DNA of 64,000 nucleotides from Heteronotia binoei. Lineage: Eukaryota. The stretch is taken from contig NC_083236.1 in NCBI RefSeq assembly GCF_032191835.1, forward strand, positions 24,986,001-25,050,000, given 5' to 3'. A program made the position numbers and the translations under genes. Under the pieces are notes generated by a model. The model did not search any database. It had not been told where the DNA came from and worked only from the letters and a program-made list of their open reading frames with translations. Below are positions 48,660 to 60,367 of this stretch, piece after piece (the first letter of the stretch is position 1; each line of letters begins with the position of its first letter).

Positions 48660-50884
48660 GGTGCTTCCCCCCTTCACACACCTGATTCTAACAATGCAGC
48701 AAGCAAGCCAGAACCAAAAACCCTGAGGTCACAGAGGACGGTTTGTTCTGTACAACCTTTCCCACCCAGAAAGCTGATGGCAGGGGGAAAAAAATCATTT
48801 GTTGTGCATCTTCACAGGATGGTGTGTCCTAGTGAACTTCTTTCAACAGGCTGTGGTGATCTGCCTGCAGTTTAGTTCAGAAGCTTCACTCCAGGCAGGG
48901 ATTAACTTTTGGCTTGTGATCGCTTTGACATCTATCAAGATGGCACTATAATTAACACAATCTTCTCTTGTCTAAAGAAACCGCTTTCTAGTTCCATCAA
49001 CCCGTCTTGCCTGCCCCTTTTTATAATTTCAGTGCATTTAATCAAAAACAAAACGCTTTAAAATAATTGGCTCCAGTTGTTACCCACACCGACCCTGTGA
49101 GGTTGGTTCTTCATTCATTTGATCAGTGGGGAAAGGGGATGAAGGAGAACCATTTCCTAATGGCCACCCAATCAGTCCATGGCAGATATGATCAAACCCT
49201 GTAGAAACTAAAACACGTTAAATTCATATGGGTGTGAAATCATCTCCACATCCAGGATGAAAAGTATCTTTGTTTCCTCCCTCGTTTTTGCCTTCTCATA
49301 TATACACATGTGTGCGTTTATAACGATCAATGTCAGAAACCGATAAATATTGACATTCACTGGTAAGAGTTCAATAGGCCTGCCTGGAGATATCTGAACA
49401 TTTTGTTTCGGAATAAATAATTATGGTTTACATCTTTAGCAGTCAATTGGTGAAAAATGTGGGTTCCCATTTGGGTAGTACATGAAGACTCTCAAGTTTT
49501 CTGGCACTTCCCTCTGGATCCCTTAAAATCTTATGAATTTCCAGTAAATGAGAACATTCTCCACATTTCTGACATGTACTGCAATGTATACACATATTCA
49601 TGCACACACATACATTCCTACAGTTCATATCTCACATGTATGCATATTCCATAGTATGTTAATCAAGACTACATCTAGCACATGTTATCATTAAAGTGTT
49701 AAAAATTACCCTCTATTTTATAGACATTGTACCTGCCTCATCATCATTTTCTGTTCCCCGAGTTGGCTTTTACATCTGAGTGCCGTGGGATTCTTTCTTC
49801 ACAGGCGCCTCAAATTAAAATATATATATCTATTCTTCTATAGGTTTCTGCTTGTCTTCCAATCCTCAAGGAAGTTCATCCTTTCAGCACTTTGCAGTTT
49901 CCATCCAGAATGCAATATAGTTTTGTAAAGAAAAGAAGTCTCAGCTTGGAACAATATGTTAAGCAATGCTTCCAGCCCTCCACCCCTTGCAGAGAAGTCG
50001 CAAGAATTAGCAGCAGATCTTTTTCTGAGAAGCAAAGGAGGCTGTTCCTGCAGCAGCCAAGGGGTTAATCATTTGGCACCGGCTCCTAACTCAAGAAGCT
50101 GTGGATTGCCAGCTCAGTCCGCAGTTCAAGCAAAAGGACTAAGCAAAAGCTCCCCAGTCCATTTCCAGACCAGGGCCTGGTTACCTCTGGCCCTTTGCAT
50201 TCTTCCCTACTGGAGATGTCCTTGCCATTCCCCACTTGAGCTTGTGGCCGCCTGCAATCAACATGCCTTGTAATTTGAGCTGCATCACCTAATCTTGCCA
50301 AATGTATGTGCTTGGAGGGGGGGGGGGGGGGGGAGGAAGGGTTGTTTTTACAACTTTGCAAAACGGAAACAAGTTGAATGCGCCCAGTTTACCCAATTGT
50401 GAATGAAAAGTCTCTGCTTGCTCCTTTAATAAGAAACCCATCTCCTCCCCCCGCCCCCAACCCTGGGGTTTACCTTCCTAAACCCTTCTCTTTATAGCAG
50501 CAATAGATCTTCCCCATGCTTTGAGGACTGCACTTGGAACTATTTCTGGGTGTGCTAAAGAAATACCTTGAACACAAACTTCCATTTTAATAGCAGGGAG
50601 CAGTAGGCTCGTTTCTTGCCTACTGCTAGCCAAGGGGTTAATCCTTTGGCACCAGCTCTTAACTCAGGAAGCTGTGGATTGCAAGCTCAGTCCGCAGTTC
50701 AAGAGACTGCATCACTAGAGACAGAGTGAAAGTTTTAGCCTAGCGGTGATGATCGCAATTAAAACTTCTAATTTGGGGGGGGGGGGGGGTTGCCTAGTGG
50801 TAGTGGAGAAAGCTAAACATCTGCAATTGGAGAGACTGTTGTGAGACCCAGCCATTTCTGTCTGGCAACATCACGGTGAACAGA

Positions 50885-51241
50885 TGAACACACACCAAGC
50901 TGCCTTATACTGACTCAGACCCTTGGTCCATTAAGGTCAATATTGCCCACTCAGAGAATTTCACATAGTGTCATTTTTGTTCTGGTATGAAATTTTATAT
51001 TTGATGAATTCTGTATTTATTGTCTGGATTATTACCTATTCTGTGACTATTGATATGCCAATAAAGGTAGATGATGGTGATGACGATGATACTCAGATTG
51101 GCAGCGGCTCTCCAGGGTCTTAGGCTGAGGTATTTCACGTCACCTCCTACCTGATCTTTTTAAGCAGGAGATACTGGGGATTGAACCTGAGACCTTCTGC
51201 ATGCCAAGCAGATGCCCTGCCACGGAGCCACAGTCCTTCCC
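50885..51241 (-). mobile_element. tRNA-derived SINE carrying a 135-bp insertion
   Basis: Reverse complement of the family at 60776; insert 50956-51090 flanked by ACTCAGA. Confidence 0.75.
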
Positions 51242-51913
51242 TACCTCCTCACTAAAAAAAAGAGTCACACAGCACATCTAGGTAACCTCAACAAGTGCGG
51301 GATCAGAAAATGAGGGTTTAGGAGAAACACTTTGGTGTGTTTCGAATTACGTTATGGAAATCATATCACAGTATGGCAGCATTCTAGACTGCAACCCAAA
51401 GCTCCACCAGTTTGGTCTTTTGCTTCAACAAAAGGAGAGAATGGGCTTTTCTCTCATCTCAGGAGTCGTTTAGCCTTCCCAATAGCACCGCTTTGTGGTT
51501 GAAATATTGCATAGAAATGGAAAGGTGGGAAACACGCTGGTTGTTGTGGAAAGCTCTGTGGTGGTGGTGGTGGTTGTGTCCCTGCTGTGTGTATAAATTC
51601 AGCAAGTCTGTTGTGTTTCCATGGTGGCTGGAACACAGAGACAATGGGCACAGCACACAACGCCTCCGTGGAAATGTGCAATGAAGCGTTTCATCAAAGC
51701 GCCAGTTTAGAACGATGAAGAAGGGGTGGAAAACAAGGAGTTGGTTTTCTTTCCCCCCATGCTGGATTAATTGTGTCATGATTTGTGACTAATCAGATTA
51801 CATTTTGGGAGGGGGGGATGTGGCCCTGCAGGGAGGTTGCTTTTCTTTTCCGTCACTGCTTTTGGTTTTTGAGGAATGCCTCTGGAAGCCGGTCAAAGAA
51901 ACAAATACTGTTA

Positions 51914-52200
51914 GGCCGTTTTCCCACTCACGTTTTACTGGCGCCACGACCATCCTGACGCCGGCGAATCTGCCTGGATTTCGCATCAGAAGCTCCGGCG
52001 CTCCCAGAAGCGCCGGCTACTTCCGTCGCTAAGCCAGCGCAAACGGAAATCGCAAAGATGCAGGAAAACGTTTGCGCTGGCTTAGCGACGGAAAGCGCCG
52101 GCGCTTCTGGGAGCGCCGGCGCTTCTGTTGCGAAATCCAGGCAGATTCGCCGGCGTCAGGAGGGTCGTGGCGCCAGTAAAACGTGAGTGGGAAAACGGCC
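51914..52200. mobile_element. Palindromic PIF/Harbinger-type MITE, copy 2
   Basis: GGCCGTTTTCCCAC/GTGGGAAAACGGCC; TTA TSD on both sides; nearly identical to 42973-43259 in reverse orientation. Confidence 0.92.
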
Positions 52201-52400
52201 TTAGTCTTTAAGGTGCCACTGGGCTTTTGTTTTGTTTTGCAAAGAAACAAGAACTGTCAGAAGCTTTCAGCAATCTCCAAAAGCTCAACATGTGAAAAAT
52301 GACGCCCTTTGTGCATGAGCTTGGAGAAACATCAGTTTCCATTGTGTTAAAAGTCAAGGGAGAGGGATCAAGAGCAAGATCGGAACTGATTCATCTAGGT

Positions 52401-52903
52401 CAGGGATGTCAAACATGTGGCCCAGGGGCTGAATCAGGCCCCTGGAGGGCTCCTATCAGGCCCCTGAGCAACTGGCTCTTGTCTGGTTCCTTCTCCCTCT
52501 CTCTTGCTTCCTTCTGCATAACGGCTTGGTTTGCAAGGCTTGTTGAATCGCACAGGAGCTACAGAGCAAAACCTCGATTTTCTCCATTGGTTGAGGCTCC
52601 TCCCCCTCCTGGTTCCCTGGGGAGGGAGGGAAAGAGCCAGAGCTTCCTTTGCCCAGTTCCCTGGATCCCATGGGAGAGATATAAAGAAAGCACCTTTAAG
52701 ACCAACAAGTGCTAAATGTTTTAAGCATGTTTTAGTTTAAGGAGTTTTTTTAGTCATGTTTGTCTGTGTCCTTTAAAGAGTTTATATCTCTGCTACTTAA
52801 TTTTAAATAGGTACACACATGGCCTGACCCGACACGGCCCAGCCCAACAAGGTCTCATTTATGTTAGATCTGGCCCTCATAACAAATGAGTTCAACACCC
52901 CTG
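52401..52903. mobile_element. Non-autonomous hAT (Charlie-like)
   Basis: CAGGGATGTCAAAC/GTTCAACACCCCTG; TSD ATCTAGGT/ATCTAGAC. Confidence 0.8.
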
Positions 52904-53769
52904 ATCTAGACGGAATCTCAAATACTTTTCTGTACACTGACTCAAGGCTTCATTTCTAGACCCAGAGAAGCCAGGCTCTGGAAGTGCTGCCCACTGACCT
53001 CGGAACTCTTCCCGCCAGTCCCAGGAGCGGAGGCTCTTTGGAACTGCACTTTGTTCCTGCCGAAGAGCACTTGCATCTAACTGACTATCTTCCAGCGTTC
53101 AGGCCTGATACTCAAAATGATACATATTGGTACTAATACATTCCATGTACGGAGAGTCCTTTAGGAGCAGACTGCCCCTTTAATTTTTGGGGAAGGTTTC
53201 AAGGTGGGTTGCTGCAGCGAGCCTGGAGAAAGCCAAGCTATGATGGAGGAGTGCAAGCCATGCCAGAACAGCTACTGGGACACGGCTGGTGACAGTGGAC
53301 AGTGGCAGGTGAACATACACCTTTCATGGTCAGTGCCACCAGGGGGGCCATTGGACTTGACATGTTCCAGGGTTTCTTTGATTTCCTTATCTGCCTCTCT
53401 CTGAATCTGCATTCAGATTTCATGACAAATTCATACTCTGAACCATTTGTCAGTGTCGGGCACAATCCTAGCGGGTTTGCCATGTTTGCCTTCTCTTTTA
53501 GCTCCTCCCATTCTCCTCCTCATCAGAGCTTGTTTGAACATTTCCTGCTTTGATGATGATCCAACCAATTGCAGCTGGCCAAGTTTCTTGCATTTGGACA
53601 TGATGACAATTTCCAGCAATGTGGAGACACTTTTGTTTAATGAGTTCGTTGTGATGTATGAATGCAGCTGGACTACCCGAAGGAGCCTTCTCCTTCTGCT
53701 CTCTGTGTCTTAACTGTGTCTCAGTTTGTGAGGCCGCAGTCTGTTTACAACATCTATACTTATTGCAAC

Positions 53770-54127
53770 CAGTAATGTGGTGGAAAATTTCCCCAAACGG
53801 AAGATTTTCTGATGCTTTATTGGCCTGTGGGAAAATGTCCACTCCTCATACGTAACTATAGTCTGCTCATCAATAATGCTGAGGGCCGTTCTGCTCCAGA
53901 TCAGTCATGTTGGACGGGCAAAATGTGAAAAATGGACAAACACCGGTGCTTACACACGGTCCAGGGTTGTACCATGGTGTATTTGCCTTCTGTTGACAGC
54001 CTGATTTAAATGTTGCTAACGTTATTTAAATATTTGAACTGATTATTTAAATATGGATCTGAAATTTTTCTGGAAGACTTTCCAAAAAATTTCCAGTCCA
54101 AATTTCCACAGAAAACCTGCATCACTG
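53770..54127. mobile_element. Old hAT-like element
   Basis: CAGTAATG...CATCACTG ends; TSD ATTGCAAC/ATTGTAAC (7/8). Confidence 0.6.
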
Positions 54128-56002
54128 ATTGTAACAAAGCACTGTAGAATCTGCTGCTAAATTCCAACCATCCTAACATAAAGAATAGTGATAGGAGGTG
54201 CTGGCCCAGTGGTAGAAATATCTACACACTGTCCAATGATGTGCAGACGCTGCCCAAGTGCCTTTGGACATGGATACACATGAATCTGCCTTATTCAGAG
54301 TCAGACCTTTGCTCTGGCTAGGTCAGTATTGTCTACTTTTGACTTGCAGCAGGTCTCCGAGATGTCAGGCTGAGGCCTTTCACATTTCCACAGAACTAGT
54401 CCTGTGCAACTACTAACTAGTCCTTTTAGCTGGAGATGCCAGGGACTGAACCTGGGACCTTCTGCATCCAAAAGTTCCATTTTGTTCTGATCTATCCTGG
54501 CAACCTTTGTCTATTGTATGGTTTAGAGATAATGTTTGGATTGACTCACAACTGAAGCACATAGTAAGGACAGAAACATCAGAGGTTCACACAAACGAAA
54601 AAGTCAGCCAATCCTTCTGTTCTCCGCATCTCATCTGTTACTGATCTGTTAATTGTGTCTATCTAGTCCAAATTATTCCACATCATGAATACAGTCTTTC
54701 CACCCTTATCAGGGCCCTGAGAAAGTCGTCTTCTGTTCTCATGTTTTGAGCGTGTCCTACACCTCATGCCTGATGGTCCACTAGTTTGTTGTCCAGCCGA
54801 ATGGTGACCAAAATAGCAACTGAAGTTAGTATTCTATGAAGGAGGGAAAGGATTATGAGATTTGTACAGTGCCACAAGGTTTGTAATACAACAGGCACAA
54901 GACGATCTTACATTGCTCGCATATGTCAGAGCCCAGCACATGACTCATGCACATTTGTAGCACAGGACACCAGAAAGTTACATTGGTCCTAAGATGCTAT
55001 TACACAGATGTCTGTTTGAACATATTTTTTTCCAAAACAGTTAGTTGAGGATTTTCCTTTTCCCATCAACAGAAAATAATGTGTCTTTTCCTTCTTGATT
55101 CTGAAACGCATTGTAGCAAAGTAGTCCCAGCTGTTAGCTACGTTATTTGGAGATGTAAGTTCGAATTCTGCTCTTCTTACACAATCTCTTACTTCCAATC
55201 TATTGTGAATGTAAACTGTCGCTTAAATAGGGATCTGACCCAAACCACATCGTCTGTAAACATCATAAAAGTTGCAAACTCGCACAGGATTACTTCTGAC
55301 ATTCAACATTGGTTGGAAATTTTTCTGATCTTATGATACGAATGATCTCTGATTGGATATTCCACATATGACACTCTGATTTTCCATTGGTGTGACACTC
55401 TGCCCCCTCATTGGGTAACTGAATTGCTTGATGTGGCGTAATTTACCCTAGAAAACAGGCCACCCCACCTGTCAGGTTAGAGAAGGAGGAGAGGAAAAAA
55501 GGGTCCAGAGAGAAGCAGGGTTGAGAGAAAAAAAGAAGGAAAGCCATCCCTCCTACCCTCACCCCCCCTTCCTCTCAAGAGAAATCTCCCTCCAGAGGCC
55601 TTGCATTTCCTCTGACTGAGCCTACCCTGCAAGATCTAGGTATTGTATCACCTTCCCACATCCTGCTTATTCAGCTTATTCAGCTAACCTCTTGTATTCC
55701 TCTGGTATGCTTGGAATTGTTTGATTGAGATGTAACTATTTGAAACCCTATGCCATAATAAAATCCATTATTAACCAAAGGATTTTCAGTGGTCTATCTC
55801 CGTAGACATAGACAAAGATCCTGCTCACCTCACTTCTCGTAGACCTACCATTTTGAGCTAAGAAATTTTAATATTCCCCAATAAAATGTTATTTGAGGTG
55901 TAACAATCTGACCTTCATTTCCCCAGGCTGCAGGATGTACAGTAAGGAGAGAACAAAATAGGAGTCAATTGCACCTTTAAGACCAACTTAGTTTTATTCA
56001 GA

Positions 56003-56040
56003 ACGTAAGCTTTCATGTGCATGCCCACTTCTTCAGACGA
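56003..56040 (-). ncRNA. Minimal hammerhead ribozyme motif (3' repeat copy, partly decayed)
   Basis: RNA reads CGU CUGAAGA A GUGGGCAUGCACAU GAAA GCUU ACG; stem II has a G-A mismatch and a closing G-U pair. Confidence 0.6.
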
Positions 56041-56658
56041 GGAATGAGGTACAGTAAGCAGAGCCACATATAGCTGGTGGGGTTTGGAATGCCAAGTGGT
56101 ACAAAGTTAAAAACCAATAGCCGAATAGTAAAATTAACAAATTCAGAAAACCTTTGATCTGGGTTGCATTAGCATGGGAAACCATAAAACAGTAACATGT
56201 CAGAATGTGAGAGTGCCTGTTAATTATTCTATTGCTAATAAACCTGGGTCAAAAAGAAGGCATTTCTTTCCCAGAAGTTTTTCCTGTCCAACTAATGTAC
56301 CTTTTAACATGTAACATAAATATATACATCATTCTAGTTTGCCCTTAGGAAAAAATACGTTAAAATATAGTGGAAGATGGGTTTAGTATATGTAATGAAA
56401 TAAAAAGCCAATATCCCTTGTTTGAGTATGTCACTACAAAAGCATTATTCTGATACACTATTCTTAAAGAGAAATACATTGGAATACTGTGGATATATCG
56501 CCATACTTGGTGAAAGTGGGTTTAGCATATGTAATAATATAAAAAACCAAAACAACATCTCTGTTCAGTCCTGGGGAGGTGTTTGTTCCAAGTTTCATAA
56601 TAGCTTGTAATTCAGCAATTCCCCTCTCCATTCTGTTCTTGAAGTTCTGAGAGTGAGT

Positions 56659-59325
56659 TTAGCATCTGTAATGAGATAAAAAACCAGTATCCCTGTTCAG
56701 TCCTGGGGAGGTGTTTGTTCCAAGTTTCATAATAATTTGTAATTCAGCAATTTCTCTCTCCATTCTGTTCTTGAAGTTCCTTTGCAGTAAAACAGCTACT
56801 TTGAGGTCACCCACTGAATGCTTTGGAAGGTTAAAGTGTTCCCCCACAGGTTTTTCAGTTCTGTAATTCCTGATGTCAGATTTGTGTCCATTTATCCTTT
56901 GGCGGAGGGTTTGTCCTGTTTGCCCTATGTAGAGAACCGAAGGGCATTGTTGGCATTTAATGGCATATATAATGTTGGAAGATGAGCAAGTGAATGAGCC
57001 AGAGATGGTGTAGTTAATGCTGTTAGGTCCAGTGATTGTGTTGTCTGGGTGAATGTGGCAGCAAAGTTGGCACTTGGGTTTATTGCAAGCTCTGGTACCA
57101 GTGTTCATGCTCAGATGAGATGTTGTATTGTTATGGGTGAGGTGTTGTTTGAGATTAGGGGGCTGTCTGTGTACAAGAAAAGGTTTACCCCCCAGTACTT
57201 TTGAAAGAGAGCTGTCACTATTCAATAGAGGTTGTAAGTTGTTGATGATATGTTGAACTGTTTTCAGTTGAGAGTTGTGTGTGACCACTAGTGGTGTTCT
57301 GTTATTGTCTTTTTTGGGTTTGTCTTGTAACAGGTTTTCTCTGGGTATCATTCTGGCTTTGTTAATCTGTTTCCTGATTTCATCAGGTGGGTACATTAGT
57401 TCCAAAAAGGTTTGTTGTAGATCCCTCAGGTGAGAATCTCTGTCAGCAGTATTGGAGCAAATGCGGCTGTAGCGTAGAACCTGGCTGTATACAATGGATC
57501 GTTTGGGATGGTAGCTGGAGGCATGCAGGTATGTTTGTCGGTCAATAGGTTTCCGGTATAAGGTATTGTATTTTAACAGTGGTGTCCAGAAAAAATATTT
57601 CTTGCTTAGACTGGTTCATTGTCAGGTTGATGTTGGGGTGGAAGTCATTGAATGCCTGGTGAAATGTATCCAGGGCTTCTTTACCATGTGTCCAGACCAT
57701 AGAAATGTCATCAATGTAACGCAGGTATAAGGTAGGTAGGAGTGGGTGGGAGTTTAGGAAGCGTTGCTCCAAGTCAGCCATGAAGATGTTAGGATATTGT
57801 GGGGCCATGTGGGTGCCCATGGCTGTACTATTGATCTGTAGGAAAAGTTCATTGCCAAATCTGAAGTGGTTGTGGGTGAGAACAAAATGGCACAGTTTAA
57901 TGGCAAAGTCAGCTGTGTTTTCATCAGAGATTATATTACTTACAGCTTGCAATCCATTTTGGTGTGGGATGTTGGTATATAAAGATTCCACATCCGTAGT
58001 GGCTAAGATAGTGTTCTCTGGAAGGTTGTTCAAAGATTGTATTTTCCTCAGAAAATCTGTAGTATCATGAACATAACTGGGAGTACTGGTGGCATAGGGT
58101 CTTCGAATAGAGTCCATATATCCAGATACCCCCTCAGTGATGGTGCCTATCCCTGACACAATGGGATGTCCCAGGTTGCCTGGTTTGTGTATTTTGGGTA
58201 GAAGATAAAAAGTACCTGGTTGAGGTTCCTGTGATGTGTCTAACAGGATATGTTCCTGAATACTCAGTGGTAATTCCTTTGTAATCTTGTTTAGTTCTTT
58301 TTTATATTCCTGTGTGGGGTCTGAGTCCAGTGGTTTGTAAAATGAAGTATTTGAGAGTTGTCTTTGAGCCTCCTTGATGTAGTCTGATGTGTTCATATGA
58401 TGACAATAGCTCCTCCTTTGTCTACCTCTTTAATTGTAATATCCATATTGTTCCTGAGACTGTCTATGGCCTTCCTTTCAGCATGGTTGAGATTCTGCTG
58501 TGCGTGGTGTTGTTTGTTGATCACATAAGTTTGGACTCTCTGGCAAAAGCACTCAATGTAGTGATCCAGTGTCGCATTGCGACCTTTGGGTGGAGTCCAT
58601 GTGAAGGGTTTTTTTTTTCTTGTAATGTTGTTTTGTTGGTATGAAGTGGCAAGTATCCTGTTCATTGTTGGGTTGTAGGGATGGTGAATGTTCTCCAGTG
58701 GAGTGTGTGATGATATGTTGTGAAGATGTGGCATGTTCTTCCTTGTTCTGTTCATGTGTATGTTGGAAATATTCCTTTAGGCAAAGACGGCAGAAAAAGG
58801 TTCCCAGGTTCCCACAGAGCTGAATCTTCTGTGTGGATTTAGTGAAAGAACTGACTCTTCTGAAGGGCTGAATCTGTGTTGTGACAGGTTAACAATATTC
58901 TTGGAGGAGTCCTTAGAGTTGCATTTAGCAGTCTGCAGAATAGAGAGTTCTCTGTTTTTTCGTTGTTTCAGTAGTTCCAGTTGGGCGTGGTAGATGGCTT
59001 GTCTTTTTTTGTGGAAATTTTGCCAGGTAGGTTGATTCCCTGTTGAAATGTCCAGTTCAGAGAGTTTGTCCTTGATTAGCTTCTGTTTGTGGTACAGAAC
59101 ACTAATTAGATGTTTCACTAGTTTCCTAGAAAATGTGAGGCATAACTTTTCAGCATAGTTTGTAGGATAAATGGCTTGTAGAGGATTTTTAATTCTCAGA
59201 ACCTTAGATATAATGTCCAGGTGTTTGCATTTCATAAGAAAGGAAATATCAGTCTGTACCTGTGCAAGTTTCTTTGTAAGATTGATGGAGTTCCATTCCA
59301 TGCTGCTTAATGTGGTGCATTTCAT
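56659..59325 (-). pseudogene. Frameshifted PLE ORF: N-terminal domain, reverse transcriptase, Cys-rich linker, GIY-YIG endonuclease
   Basis: Pieces 58777-59325, 58393-58755, 57542-58396 (DKGG, YLLPKIHK, DVESLYTNIP, TAMG, LRYIDD) and 56659-57405 (CNKPKCQLC..H, NIIYAIKC..C...YIGQTG, GLNRD). Confidence 0.92.
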
Positions 59326-59421
59326 GTAGATAGATCCAAATAGGCAGCTGTGGTGGTCTGAAGTAGTAGAACTAAATAGCAGTCAATTGCCCCTTTAAGA
59401 CCAACTTAGTTTTATTCAGAA

Positions 59422-59458
59422 CATAAGCTTTCGTGCGCACGCACACTTCTTCAGACGA
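59422..59458 (-). ncRNA. Minimal hammerhead ribozyme motif (5' repeat copy)
   Basis: RNA reads CGU CUGAAGA A GUGUGCGUGCGCAC GAAA GCUU AUG: core CUGAnGA and GAAA, paired stem II, palindromic AGCU in place of stem III, 3-bp stem I. Confidence 0.7.
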
Positions 59459-59853
59459 GGAATGAGGTACAATAAGCAGAGCCACATATAGCTGGTGGGG
59501 TTTGGAATGCCAAGTGGTAAAAAGTTAAAAACCAATAGCAGAATAGTAGAATTAACAAATTCAGAAAACCTTTGATCTGGGTTGCATTAGCATGGGAAAC
59601 CATAAAACAGTAACATGTCAGAATGTGAGAGTGCCTGTTAATTATTCTATCAGACAGGTGTCATCAGGCCAGAACTGCTAGCTAGTATTTGAGCCAAACA
59701 TAATCATCCTGATTGGCATTTCCATACACATAATTTCCACTTCTCACTAAACGATGTACCTTCTTTATAGCTTTGAAAAAGTTTTTCTGAAAAGCATAGA
59801 CCTCGTGTATGTATGAGATGTTTTCCACTGTGCCCGTGCCTGGTAAGTATGAG

Positions 59854-60021
59854 CAGGGGATATTTTGTTGAAAAATAGGTGGTGGAGCTCATCCAGGGAT
59901 GTTATGCAGCTGCACCTACTATTCAATGGACAAGGAGGTGGAATTCTCAGAAGGAGGAGGTGGAACTCTCAGAAGGTTCAGGAGCTGCGCTCCTGTGAGC
60001 TCCCACTGAATCTGAGGCCTG
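59854..60021. mobile_element. hAT-like MITE
   Basis: Same family as 26424-26590; TSD AGTATGAG/GGTACGAG. Confidence 0.8.
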
Positions 60022-60092
60022 GGTACGAGCAAAGGTATTGCTTGCAGCTGCTGTGAGGCAGGCAGGCCCAACTGGCCACCTGCCCTGACAAG

Positions 60093-60367
60093 GAGAGAGC
60101 CAGTTTGGTGTAGTGGTTAAGTGTGCGGACTCTTATCTGGGAGAACTGGGTCTGATTCCCCACTCCTCCACTTGCACCTACTGGAATGGCCTTGGGTCAG
60201 CCATAGCTCTGGCAGAGGTTGTCCTTGAACGGGCAGCTGCTGTAAGAGCTCTCTCAGCCCCACCCACCTCACAGGGTGTGGGGGAAAGAGATAAAGGAGA
60301 TTGTGAGCCACTCAGACTCTGAGATTCAGAGTGGAGGGCAGGGTATAAATCCAATATCATCATCATC
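60093..60367 (+). mobile_element. Squam3-like SINE
   Basis: GGAGAGAGCCAGTTTGGTGTAGTGGTTAAG head; (ATC)n tail. Confidence 0.85.

Larger units (their letters stand above)
55963..59650 (-). mobile_element. Penelope-like element, Neptune-type, near full length with direct terminal repeats
   Basis: ~270-bp direct repeats 55963-56232 and 59381-59650 (about 10 differences by eye) bracket an RT plus GIY-YIG coding region. Confidence 0.93.

Noticed and set aside
53400-53760. C/D-box snoRNA or coding exon (TGATGA runs, 88-114-aa ORFs)
   Set aside because: No terminal stem or properly spaced D box, and the peptides are unrecognisable.
54989-55336. Possible decayed RT or gene fragment (FTDDVV-like word)
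   Set aside because: Single short word with no flanking RT motifs and many stops; cannot be supported without a profile search.
55963-59650. LTR retrotransposon or ERV because of the direct repeats
   Set aside because: No gag, protease, RNase H or integrase, no TG...CA ends or PBS; the RT and GIY-YIG are Penelope-type.
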